Below the pieces are notes generated by a model. It was not told the origin of the DNA, made no database searches, and saw nothing but the letters and a program-made list of their open reading frames with translations. DNA of 63,952 nucleotides, filler included, from Bipalium vagum (lineage: Eukaryota), in NCBI GenBank assembly GCA_037834085.1. It is 3 parts of 3 records of this genome, joined end to end, with 100 filler letters (N's around TTAATTAATTAA, not from the genome) between each part and the next. Parts side by side here need not be neighbours in the genome. Positions count along the whole stretch, not along the records: positions 48,367 to 63,952 come from JBBMKC010158112.1; 2 more parts are not named here. One strand, written 5' to 3'. Shown here in pieces: positions 49,103 to 61,097 of this stretch. Position numbers and translations under genes: made by a program. The stretch's first letter is position 1. Every line of letters begins with the position of its first letter.

Positions 49103-49149
49103 AACATTAAATATTGAATTTTTATTACCACTTTAATGTTATTTTTTAA

Positions 49150-49460
49150 AGTAGTAAAAAAATAGTTGTGGTTTTTCTTAAAAAATTTCTGATCCAAGTG
49201 ATTTTTGACTTCTTCATTGGAACTAAAATTTTTACCATCTAAAAAATTTTGTACGGAACTAAAGAGATAATAATCAGATCGTGCTAGATCTTGGTATAAT
49301 GGTTGATTTCAACACTTCAAATGCAAACTGTAACTGCTTCTGACGAGTCCATAAACTTGTGTGAGATCGGGTATTATTCTGCTGGAATATCACACCTTTT
49401 TATTAATCAATTCTGGCCTTCTTTGATTCATGGTGGTTATATAATTAATCAGAATTCATA
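49150..49460 (-). mobile_element. mariner transposase C-terminal relic
   Basis: RPELINKKGVIFQQNNTRSHTS and DLARSDYYLF (HDNARPH and DLAPSDY motifs). Confidence 0.75.
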
Positions 49461-50270
49461 ATGTTCTGATGATAAACAAGATGCAGACGAGCCAAATCTA
49501 GGTTAATCATCATAAAAACATGGTGCAATTTTGGTTTATAAAATATCTTCTGATACGTAGGAATAATTAAACACGGTAATTTCAGTCGCGCTCTAACTAT
49601 AATCTAGTGTAAGCCGAAAATGTCTTTGTGCTGAACCCTTTTCCAAAGTGATCCTCAGCTTTGAAGAGGAGATGCACGATCCAGACACAAGTAACCAGTT
49701 TATAGTCACTGACTCTACGGGCACCATCTATCAATGGGATTATCATAGTTTCTACACTTCTCTAAAGGAGAACTCCATGACTTTAACCCCACCTGAAATC
49801 ATTGTCTCAACACCATTCATTCATGAATCATCTGGATTCAATCACTACAAAAGGTATTTTTAAAAGTGCAGTTTTACAGCTTATTATGGATTTTTTTAAT
49901 AAAAATAAATTTATTAACGAGTTCTCATAACAATATTGATAAGCTTTTCAAGTTTTCAAAAGTGGTTTAAGATATTAAAATTGGTTGGTTTATGCACCTA
50001 TTATTGAAACATTATTCAAAAATTGACTAAATTCATGTTTAAAATTGGTTATTTATTTAAGGCAGACTAAATAATTTTTCAACATTGATATCTAAAAGCA
50101 TCAAATTTTAAAAACATAATTAAACAAGATAAAATAAAATTTATTGTAAATTAATTTCTAAAATTATAACATTGAATTTTTAAACTGAACATAACACCAG
50201 CTTTGTTTATATGTTGTATTTTTATTAAAATTTTAATTAAACTCATTGCTACTAGAAATTACTATTAGGG

Positions 50271-52005
50271 ATGGCAGGAAAGCAAATTGCACAAATTGCT
50301 ATTGATGAATATGGAAGACCACTTGTTATATTAAAAGATGAAGAAAAGAAAAAACGGCTTGTTGGGATTGAAGCTCATAAGGTATAATAATTATGTTATC
50401 AGTAATTAATAACTGTCTTTTAGTCCCATATTATGGCAGCTAAGACAGTTTCTAATATCTTACGTACATCCCTTGGACCTAAAGGACTGGACAAGATTAT
50501 GGTTAGTTCAGATAATGACATTACAGTGACTAATGATGGAAGAACAATTATGGAAATGATGGACGTTGAACATGAAATTGCTAAGTTAATGGTTGAGCTT
50601 AGTAAATCACAAGATGATGAAATTGGTGATGGAACTACTGGAGTTGTGGTTTTGGCTGGAGCTCTTTTAGAGCAAGCTGAACAATTATTAGATCGTGGTA
50701 TACATCCTATTCGTGTATCAGATGGTTACGAGATGGCTGCAAAAATGTGTTTAGAAGAATTAGATAAAATCAGTGATACGTTTGTATTTAGCATGGAAAA
50801 TAAGGAGCCTTTAATTCAAACCGCTATGACTACATTAGGTTCAAAAATCGTCAATAAATGCCATAGATTATTTGCTGAAATGGCTGTTGAAGCTGTTTTA
50901 TCTGTTGCAGATGTTGAACGAAAAGATGTAGATTTTGAACTGATAAAAGTTGATGGTAAAGTTGGAGGAAACTTATCAGACTCACTTTTGGTAAAAGGAG
51001 TTATTGTTGATAAAGATTTCTCACATCCCCAAATGCCAAAATTTATCAAAGACGCGAAAATTGCCATATTAACTTGCGCATTTGAACCACCAAAGCCAAA
51101 AACAAAGCACAATCTTTATGTAGAATCCGTTAAAGATTATGAGAATTTGGCTAAATATGAACATGATAAATTTGTAGAGATGGTAGACCAAGTTAAAGAA
51201 TCTGGCGCAAATCTGGTGATTTGTCAATGGGGCTTTGATGATGAAGCTAATCATTTATTGTACCAAAAAAGTCTTCCTGCTGTGCGATGGGTTGGTGGTC
51301 CAGAAATTGAATTGATAGCCATTGCAACCGGTGGACGAATCGTTCCTCGATTTGAAGAATTGACATCCGAAAAACTGGGAAATGCTGGAATAGTTCGTGA
51401 ATTGTCATTTGGAACTACAAAGGACAAGATGCTTGTGATAGAGGAATGTAAAAACTCCAAAGCCGTTACTTGCTTCCTTAGAGGTGGTTCGAGAATGATT
51501 GTTGATGAAGCTAAACGGTCATTACATGACGCCTTATGCGTAGTTCGAAATTTGGTATGCTTTTTTCAATAATCTTATTTAAGAATAATCAATAAATTCT
51601 TTGAAGGTGCGAGATCCTAGAGTGGTATATGGTGGAGGAGCCTCGGAAATCGCGTGCTCACTCGCTGTTTCTAATGCTGCAGATCAAATACCAGGTTTGG
51701 AACAATATGCCATGAAAGCATTTGCTGAAGCGTTGGAGGCTATTCCGATTGCATTATCGGAAAACTCTGGCCTTCCTTCAATATCAACTGTTGCCGAATT
51801 GAAAGCCAGTCAACTGAAGGAACAAAACCCGAGATTGGGAGTAGATTGCAAGCGAGTGGGTACAAATGACATGAAAGAACAGCTCGTTCTAGAAACGCTT
51901 AGCTCGAAAAAGGCTCAGATCATGTTAGCTGTTCAGGTGTGTAAGATGATCTTGAAGATTGATGATATCAGAGTTCATGCTGAAGATGTAAGTGCAAATT
52001 ATTAA
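50271..52005 (+). CDS. CCT5: T-complex protein 1 subunit epsilon (chaperonin CCT5), complete
   Basis: Exons 50271-50381, 50424-51554, 51607-52005. Motifs [24 protein letters not shown] and the epsilon-specific [14 protein letters not shown] and [16 protein letters not shown]. Confidence 0.98.
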
Positions 52006-54239
52006 TAATTTTATAATTTACATAAATTTTAAAATTATACGTCATTCAGAAATAATCAGTATTTCTGGTGTAAGTCACTTGTTTTATTATTTGTTATGTT
52101 GCTTTATTTTCCATTAATTGTTTCTCTTTCAGCTTGAATCTTTGTATTAATTCTGAATTTGTGTTGCCAAGTTGTATATGTTTATTTACAAGTTGAATAA
52201 ACACCTAGTCCATCCTTTTGTCATTTGAATGTGATTATATTTTTGGATTCCCAGCCTCTGTTCTCAAGCTCAATAGAAGTATTGTTCCTGTTTCTCAGGA
52301 TTTTTCGTATTTATCATAGCTCACTTTAGTCAACTTATTTAATCGGTAAATTTATCAGTCAATCAATTCGAAATGTATCTCAGACCATTAGCTAATTTCT
52401 GAATATTTTGAAATTTGAGAATTGTTGTCTTAAGGATATCTGTTTAGTTTTTATTCAAATACTGTTTAGATATTGTAGCAATTTTCAAATTAATTAATTT
52501 TTTAACATTCTGTGGCTGCTTTTAATCTGAAATGAATAAGAACCAATAAGAAATTAGTTTCGATTTTGTCACCAGTTTAAATTTTGTAATCGAGAGAAAA
52601 GTGACATCTTTCTTTTGAAATAATGAAAGAAATTATCTATGCGAGAATAGGTTCAATTTATATAACAAAGTGGCCTTAAAATCCACAAATAAACTAATTT
52701 ACGATTTAATCAGTATTAGCAACAAATCTAATAAGAAAATGAAGTTGTTTCAAAACCTTATGTATTTTCTTAAAGGCTTAATAACGAAATTTTTATAGTT
52801 AATGATTTTTATTTTTTGGAAAATATTGATTGAATTTAATTTGGAAGTTCTATTACGCGTTTTTCCTGTTTGACATTATTACACTAAATACCAACGATCC
52901 TATGTTGTCTTTTAGTAACTGAATATAAAAAATAACAATTTCTCTTAGATTAAAAACAAGTTATCAGGATAAATTCTAGAAAGGCATTTATTATTAGACT
53001 TGTTTTAGTTGAGCTTTATAAATATGACAATTCATAAGAATCTAACCTTCAAACTATATTTAGAACACATCATATAAGTTTATATTAAGTCGTTCTATTT
53101 CAAAAGTACTTGGTGTGCATAAAAAATCTCGTACCTTTTCAGCAATTACATTAGTTCTTATCGATTCAAAACTTATTCTTATAACTTTCACAGTAACGTT
53201 AATCGTAAAATTACCGAGAAATAGGACTATATTTCAGATCTTAACTGATTTCGCACTACTATTTATATTAATTCTTGGTACGTAGATCTCTATGTCATGC
53301 TCGGACAATAACGACATTAATTCATCCTAACTGAGGCTGATATGGGTTAAAGCTTGTGACCTACTAAAATCAAAACTCAGAACCACTAATAAACTTTATT
53401 ATGATCGTAAAATGGTTTAATAAACACTAAACTACTCTCAAACAAACCTCAATCACTTTTCAGACACTTAAAATGCTGTGCAGGATATTCCTGGTCAGCC
53501 AAAATAAAATTACCAAATAATGAAAACATATTTTTTTTCGACTTAGTAATTTTGATCGAAAATAATGATTTTACGCTAGCTTATATACTAATTTTATTGT
53601 TATTTAACGTCTCTGATTAAACAGTTAAGCTGTCAATTATCATAAATAAATATTTCTAAAATAAATCTAGTTTAGGTAAGCATGCTACTTACCAAAAATC
53701 AGTAGTTGCTCCTAAATTAATATTTTTAATTTTATTTATTATGAGGAGGCTAATCAGACCTGGGGAATTTTTAAAAAGTATTAATGAAATTTTAAAAATG
53801 AACTTATTTTTAAAATTTAATAAAAAAGGAATTTCTTAAATTATTAAAATTAATTCTAAAAATTAAATTGTTAAAAAATTGAATAAAAATATAAAAGATC
53901 AACCTTTAATAAAAAGATTTATCAATCAAGGATAATCAGACTACATTGAAAATTCATTGAGTTTTACTTTTTTCAATTTTTAATTTGAATGTTAATCTCT
54001 GGTTACCGTTTTTTTTATTAATAATGATTCGCATATCTTCCGTTCATCGTCATTATCGAAATTATTCATAATTACTCAAAATTCTTCAGCGCTAACTCAA
54101 CCTTTTTGCAAAACGCAATTCTATGAATGATCTAAAACTTTACTGGTTCTGCTTAATTGCAAGGTAAGGCAATATACAAATAAAATCATCATATAATCAG
54201 TTCTTCTTATCCGATTATAATAAAATTTATCTTAAATTA

Positions 54240-54600
54240 AAGCTATTGAAATGTTGAATATTCCAGAAAGACATGCATTTACTTCATTATATAATAATTC
54301 CTCAAAAGTTGCTCAGTTGAAGACAGTGTTCTTCCAGGAAGGCCTTCCAAAATAACAGATAAAATTAAATATATTAAGCAATTTTGAATAATGAACCTTC
54401 AAACAGTGTCCGTTTTGTTGCACGAGAAGCAAACCTACCAAATATTAAGCACATCAAATTATGCGAGAAATCATTGATTAGAAACCACAAATGATGTATG
54501 GTATGCAACATTTATATGAGGAAGATTTGCACCTGCGTATGGAAATATTGAAAAACATGATACCGATTCTTGAGGACCAGAAAAACAATGGCAATATATT
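54240..54600 (+). mobile_element. Tc1/mariner-superfamily N-terminal relic
   Basis: SVEDSVLPGRPSKIT (GRP linker) followed by a degenerate second HTH. Breaks off at about 54600. Confidence 0.45.
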
Positions 54601-54939
54601 GTTGGGCTTACCCAAGACTGGGAAAATAAAACCAAGGAAAATCATGAAAAAAGGTTTAAATTAAAAAAAATCATAATAATAATATTAATAATTAAAGTTA
54701 ATTAACTATTGAAAAAAATTAAAAATTCCCCGGTATTTTTATTTTGATAATACTTAATAAATAAAACAGCCCTCCAGAAGTTATTTTTACTTTTAAAGAA
54801 TTCTAAGAGGTAATTTATAAATATTAATAGTCATCAGAAAATAATTTTTTAGGGAATTTTAGAGTTTTAATAAAATTTTTAGAATTTTAAGATTAATTTT
54901 GAGATTATTTCAAGAATAATCTCCAGATGAAGATCAGTT

Positions 54940-55600
54940 TCAGAAAGTATATAAGCAGAGGAACTCTAGCATATTTTCACCCCTCAGAAAACGTTCTTAT
55001 AATTATTGTCATTTATGAAGAATACTGAAGCAGATTTCTATAAAGGAAGGATACTGAAGCAGATTTCTACAAAGGAAGGAAATTACAGTTCAATTCACAA
55101 GTATTTCAACGTTTATTTAAATGCTGGGACTATGCTTAAAATTCCCAACCAGCGGGTTACCGGTTAGCAACCGTTAGGGCTCAGACGATAACTCGGGAGT
55201 TTTAGCGGAAGATAAACCGTAAGATTGTTCTATTTTCTTTTATTTTTTAAAATAAAGTAACTATTAATATTGATTAACTTAGCGTATAAGTAATATTTTG
55301 TTTTAATTAGACTTGGAATTAAACATTATATTATAATTGACTTTTTATTTGACATTGCAGTTTGATATACTTATTATTCTATTAATTCATTTGATTTTTT
55401 TGTTGCTTGATTATATTTTGTTTTGCGGAGAAAGTTTGTGAAACATTTCAGACATTAATTGTGATCCCAGACTTTTGATTATCATTCTGTATTTTTTGAT
55501 TGTGTGATATAAATACAAATTGTTGCTTTACTGATTTTTATTATTTGCACTTCCTAAGAGTTGGAGTCAGGTCTAAATTTGATACACTAAACAGTGAACA
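54940..55600 (+). mobile_element. Solo-LTR-like element, copy B (may start near TGTTGG at 54600)
   Basis: Same ordered motifs as 19277-19983. Contains a 29-nt tandem duplication, 55022-55050 / 55051-55079. Confidence 0.65.
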
Positions 55601-55899
55601 AAACAGACTTTCACTTATTGAAGCGAAAAGTTTTAAATAAAAATTTAGAAGTGAAAACTTAGAGGTTAATAAAGAAATTCTCTACTTTGACTATAGATTA
55701 ATTTAAAAATGTTACTAAGAATAAGAGGAAACTATAAGTATTTGAATATTTTGTGAGCAGCAAAAGCATATACAAAAAATTATGATGAATTATTATCTTA
55801 AAGGAACACCGTCTTTATATAATAATTATTATTATCCAAAAATATTAAATCAATTCAATGATAATCTGTCAGTACTGATGTCACAATATCAAAATCTGA

Positions 55900-57150
55900 G
55901 AATTTTGATATTACTGATGATCCGGTTCTTGGTCTATTAATCCCACTGGAAAGGATCATCTGTGATGATCCTTATCCATTCTCCGAAAAATTCTGTAATT
56001 AATTTGTCAGCTCTCTGTATGAAATTTTATATATTCTTCCATCCACACTTTCAATTTGTCTGATTCAATAGTTTCAAGATCAACGTTATTTCCGCCATGG
56101 TCTTTTCTCAATATATGTTCCCTTCATAGAACCTCGCTAGCCACAGTTCATCATTGATATCATTTGATTCAACTATACATTCCTCGATATCCTGTAATAT
56201 ATTTTTATTATTTCCAGGAATAGATTTATCGTCAAATCGACTGGATGGTCTGTCATATCTATTGAAGAATTCATCAATTTTAATAATATCATTAGTCGTT
56301 CTTGATTTCGCCCTTTTCCCTCACCATATAATTGTTCTTCATGTTGTCTTACGTATGGGTCTGCCAATTTATTTAAATAATCTCTTTGAATCTTTCTTTC
56401 CATTTCACTACTCACCTTCTTCTGTGCTTTTCACCCTTCTCAGAAGTCTGTTTCTTGACCTCAATCTTGTTCGGTCACGACTAATGAAGATTTCATTATT
56501 AACTTACCTTTTTATCTACATTGCGATACCTCTATCGGTGATGTGATCTTTTGAAATAGTTAACGGCTCTTTTCATCGATTTTCTCTTCTAACGCAACTA
56601 AATTCTTATATTCCACTCTTCTACTAGAGATTCCACCTGTTCCCATTATTGTGCCAGGTACGTCATTTGGGGCTTAAATATTCTTGCGGTAGTCTGCTGT
56701 TCTCCTTGATTTTCTACGTAAACAGCTCATCATCATTAAATATTCATCGTCGTCTACATTCAAAGCTTCTTACATTATTTCTAAAAAAGCTCATCATCGT
56801 TGCCCATTCCTGATCTCCAAATCTGATCATTCTTATCTAAATCTTCACTGGGCTTAATCAAAACATTTTAATTACACATTTCTTTTATATCGTCGTATTA
56901 ACAACTTAATATCTAATTACTGTACCAAAAGTTCCACTATATAATATTTTATTATTTTACAACTTGCCATAAATTAGCAGAAGGTACTGCAAATTCCGTT
57001 ACATGGATAAATAAATCAACAATTTTATCTTTTTTTCCGAACCATTGTCGAAATTCCTTTTAATTTTTTTACCAACATCATCTGGATACGGATTCATCAA
57101 CACCATTGTATGCATCCTTTCTTCCAACAATTCGATCTACCCATTACCTA
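55900..57150 (-). mobile_element. Decayed gag-like region of an LTR retrotransposon
   Basis: AYNGVDESVSR* (gag 'F/YxG....WL' type start), an Arg/Ser-rich stretch, and a degenerate NCG*RG zinc-knuckle remnant near 56150. Many stops. Confidence 0.4.
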
Positions 57151-58099
57151 ATATCACTAAAATTAATAGTAAAATTGTAATTTATCATAGACTTCTGTAG
57201 GGAAAAAGAAGAAATGGGAAAAATTATTTTTCATATCATTGTTATTAATTTATTTAACTATATTTTAATGTTATATTTATTTATTTCATTATTATTTTAA
57301 TTATCTCAGGGTGAAAACCCAACAATATTCAAAAAAGTATTTATTGTTCATAAGAAACCTGAAATAATATATAATGTCATCAAGTAATGACACTACAAGG
57401 TTTCTTAAGATTAAAACAAAGAAAATTATACTATATCTATTTTTTCTTTAAAAAAACCAAACTTGGTAAGATTTATATTTTTAAGTCATCCCAACTAGAG
57501 TTTGTATACAGCCATTCTTCCCTTATCCAGGATCAATAGTTCGATGTGGTCATGATGGATTTCCTAAAGATCAAGTATATCTTCAAACGTCTCTTTTACA
57601 AAATAAAAAAGAAATATCTTCCGGTAATACTGAATACGTTAGAATACCTTACATTGTTTCCGGTCATAAAATGATGGTTATATGCAGAATTTCACTTGTT
57701 AATAACCAAACTTTGCAAAATAATCACACTGAATTAATTTTTCAATTGAGTGACAGTAATTTTTTTCTTAATTCTCTTAAAAATTAAAAAAAGTTTTCTT
57801 TTAAAATCTGATGGTTTTAAGTTTTCAAAAAAATATTTATTTTTAATTAAATTATTCAAGGTAATTAATAGTAATATGTTACCTTTGACTTATTCATAAT
57901 AAGTTATTCTAGACATTTTAATAAAATGCACTTTTTTCTATGTGAACACGTAAATATTATTTAGGATTTTATTATTTTAATTATATTATTTCCAAATTTG
58001 AACTCGTACATCCCAGTTGCATGCACTTGGCATTTTTAAAATAATTTCTACTAAAACTATGAATTAGAAATGTAAAGCAATCTCTGCACTTTCGAATGT

Positions 58100-58570
58100 T
58101 AGATAAGTCAATGCATTCAAACAAATATGTTTTCAAAAAATATATTTTCATGTTTGAATATATAATAATTCATCTTCTGAGGTACAATTTCTTCTTTTTA
58201 CAATATTCTTCCATTTCGAAAACATATTTTCGATTGGATTTAGCATTGGAGAGTAGAATGAAAGGTATTGTAAACGTGTTCCTTTCCTTGAAAAATATTT
58301 TTGACACTATTACAGTTGTGAAAAGGAACGTTATCCAGTATAAGTACACATTTACTAACTGATTTGCTTTCAATATATTTAAAAATATATTTATGCATCC
58401 CAGAAATGAGCCACTATTTGACGGCTTGTAATTAATTATATGAAAGAATATGGCACAAAAAACACTTATATTTTTAGATTTAATACTTTTATTTCTTGTT
58501 ACTGGTGTTGACACAATCTTTGATCGGTCTTTAATAATTCTAACCAAACTTCATCTACAAAAAAAAATTA
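58100..58570 (-). mobile_element. IS630/Tc1-like DD34E transposase catalytic relic
   Basis: FVDE, KNISVFCAI, ILDNVPFH and YSPMLNPIENMFSKWK, across frameshifts. Confidence 0.85.
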
Positions 58571-58835
58571 CAGTCGGAAAATTCTTGTAACTCTTCCATA
58601 AGGTTGAGGCTTCGTCGGATAAAAGCAGATCAGATACGCCGACTAGGCATAAGTCATTCATACTGAGTGTTTCCTCAATATCTTTCAACCACCTTTCGGA
58701 TTCAGTAGAGCTTCTGCCGTTATATCGATTGATTTGAAATCCCAAAATGAGTTTTTTGGTAAAGCATACATAACTAATTTTTTTCCATTCTTCTGGTTAG
58801 AGCATTTACATTTTCGGTTTGGTCGCCAGTTAGTT
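58571..58835 (-). mobile_element. Ty3/Gypsy 5' fragment (PBS plus gag start)
   Basis: PBS-like TGGCGACC at 58828-58821, followed by INRYNGRSSTESERWLKDIE...LLLSDEASTLW. Confidence 0.6.
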
Positions 58836-58979
58836 CTTCTTTACTACACATTGAAAAGATGTCAGAGTTATAAAAAGTATCTATTCAAACAAAATATCAA
58901 TACATAACATGTAATTCTCATAAAGAGTGATATTTGTGAGTATGGTTTCATTACTGGTTTCTTTATCTTTTACTATCTT

Positions 58980-59260
58980 TTATTTACTTCTGGTTTCATT
59001 ACTGATATGGTCATAACTTCTGGTTTTGATTAAGTTGACTTCAGTCTCATCAAAGCAAACCAGCTTACAGTTTTGAACATACTCAATATTCCTCGCATAA
59101 AGCTGTCTAGCCTTAATGTTTTTACAATTATTTCTCTCTTTGGGAACTCTGGCTAATCGCTTTCTGGTATAATTCATGTCAAGTAAAATTCTTGAGACAG
59201 AACTTTGGCTGACTAAGATGCACTCAAATCCAAATAGAAACAATTGAATTACAGGACCTG
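58980..59260 (-). mobile_element. IS630/Tc1-like transposase relic (HTH to first D)
   Basis: VSQSSVSRILLDMNYTRKRLARVPKERN...LVCFDETEVNL. Confidence 0.75.
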
Positions 59261-60522
59261 GCTTTAAATTTTTTTTATTAATAAGTCAGATAGAAATTAC
59301 ATTACATTATTTTTCCAATAAAATTCTGTTTTAAAAACGTGGAAAAATGACAGATTTTCCATCAATAATATACAATGTTATAATAATCAAAGTAAGTCAA
59401 ACAATTCTATTTTTTGTTTTATTTCTTCATTAAGAAACGCCTGATTTGTTACCACCCCAATATATGCTTCTAAAATGTGTTTTTAAAAAGCACAATAATT
59501 AATTTGAAAAGAAAATTAAGCAATTCTTTTATTTCAGCCTTACGAGAAGTGAGAGGATACAATAATGAGGAATTCAGGTGTTTATTGCACTTCACTGACC
59601 CTATAGAAGATTCCATGCAAATATCACAGTCAGCGTTGCTCTTCATCGCCAACGCATTTATTCTCAAAATACGTTACGAGGTCAAACCAGAAATGATATA
59701 CGGATTCACTATAGTAATTCTCCTAAAGACTATGCTGATCATAATGGCAGAACGACACTCTATTATTGATATTAAATTCAGAATGAAAAGGACTAATATG
59801 ATGAAGCGACGAATCCATGACAAATTAACAAAAATAACAAGACAGTTAATAAGAAAATATCAAAATGATGGGAGAAAAAAATGGTCTATCAAAAATAAAT
59901 ACAAAGGGTTTTTGGGAAGCACTTATTAATGATTTTTTTATTCTTGTTTGAATAAAGCTTTTTCGATATTTGTTTTGGATCTTTGACGAATTTCTTAAAG
60001 AATCAGAAACACGTGAAAAAGTAGACGATTCTTATGTAACTAGAGCATGAAGGACAGGAATATATCAATTGACTTTGTCATATAAATTCTATCGCTTTTT
60101 CATTGCAGCTGAAATTGGTTATACTCATCTAAAATACATATATTATGAATAAAAAAAATTATATAAAATTTGAACTAAATTATAAAAGTTTTTGAATTAT
60201 AGAAAATAATTTTATAAAAATTATGAATGAATTTGTGACTTTCAAAAAATTTATTGATGTATTAAAACAAGGTGGACCCCACTTTATGGCATGCTACCAA
60301 ATTTTATGTACACCGATGATATCTACTTACACTGGTCTACAGCATTCTTGTATCGGAGACAAATCTATATTTTTCTGAAAATACTTTTAAAATCATTAAT
60401 TTTATTATATAAATTATAATCGTAACACTTCCAGATCTAAAAAAAATCATAAATTAAATATAAATTACCACAAAATTTAAACATTTGTTTAAATATTCTT
60501 TATTAGTTAGCACTTATTGAAA

Positions 60523-60720
60523 ATGCCAAGAAACTGCGAGAACAAACCGAACAATTTCTGTTATGTTTGTGGTTCTGTTGGGATCCACAGTGAAATCCTC
60601 AGAAAAACTGGTAAAAAACCAGTCTGATCAAACAAAATTCAAAGATTCCAGAGATCGCTGATGTACCTCAGGAGCCGATGGAAAGTGACGAAACTTGTTA
60701 TCGACATCGGAAACATTTGA
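60523..60720 (+). mobile_element. DNA transposon relic, probably Sola-type
   Basis: MPRNCENKPNNFCYVCG matches the 'C.N.P..FCY.CG' start I associate with Sola3-like transposases. The rest is deleted. Family assignment is from memory. Confidence 0.45.
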
Positions 60721-61097
60721 TTTAATTTGATATTTGAAATTAAATTTACATTTTATATGCATGAAAATGCTTCTTATCTTTATTTTTATATCTCTGAATA
60801 AAGAATGTGATTTTGTATTTTATATTGTAAAAATAATATTTAAAAAATTAATAAAATTATAAATAATAATCATTTTAAAAATAAATTAAAAGTTAATTAA
60901 GGGCGGAGGTAGATATTAATTAAAATATTAACCCACGTGAATAATCATTATTATTATAGAAATTAAACAGTTTACTATAAATAAATGTTGTTGATATAAT
61001 ATTAACTAAAATTCTTATTAAATTATTCTGAAATCTAAATTATTTTCGACGTCGAGTTTTTTATATATTGGGCTAATAAAATTATTTTCTTTGTCTA

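Noticed and set aside
50816-51460. Antisense ORFs over CCT5 (similarly over EGR, RECQL, DCTN4 and SLK)
   Set aside because: Shadow frames of real coding exons with no independent support.
55022-55079. Short direct repeats here and at 19453-19515 as a CRISPR-like array
   Set aside because: Only two units, no series of unique spacers, eukaryotic context and no cas genes.
58010-58035. CCCAGTTGCATGCACTTGGG hairpin as a Helitron 3' end
   Set aside because: No CTRR terminus at the expected distance and no recognisable Rep/helicase remnant.
59477-59929. 150-aa ORF as a gene
   Set aside because: No ATG at the annotated start, no recognisable motif or splice pattern, and it is embedded in TE debris.
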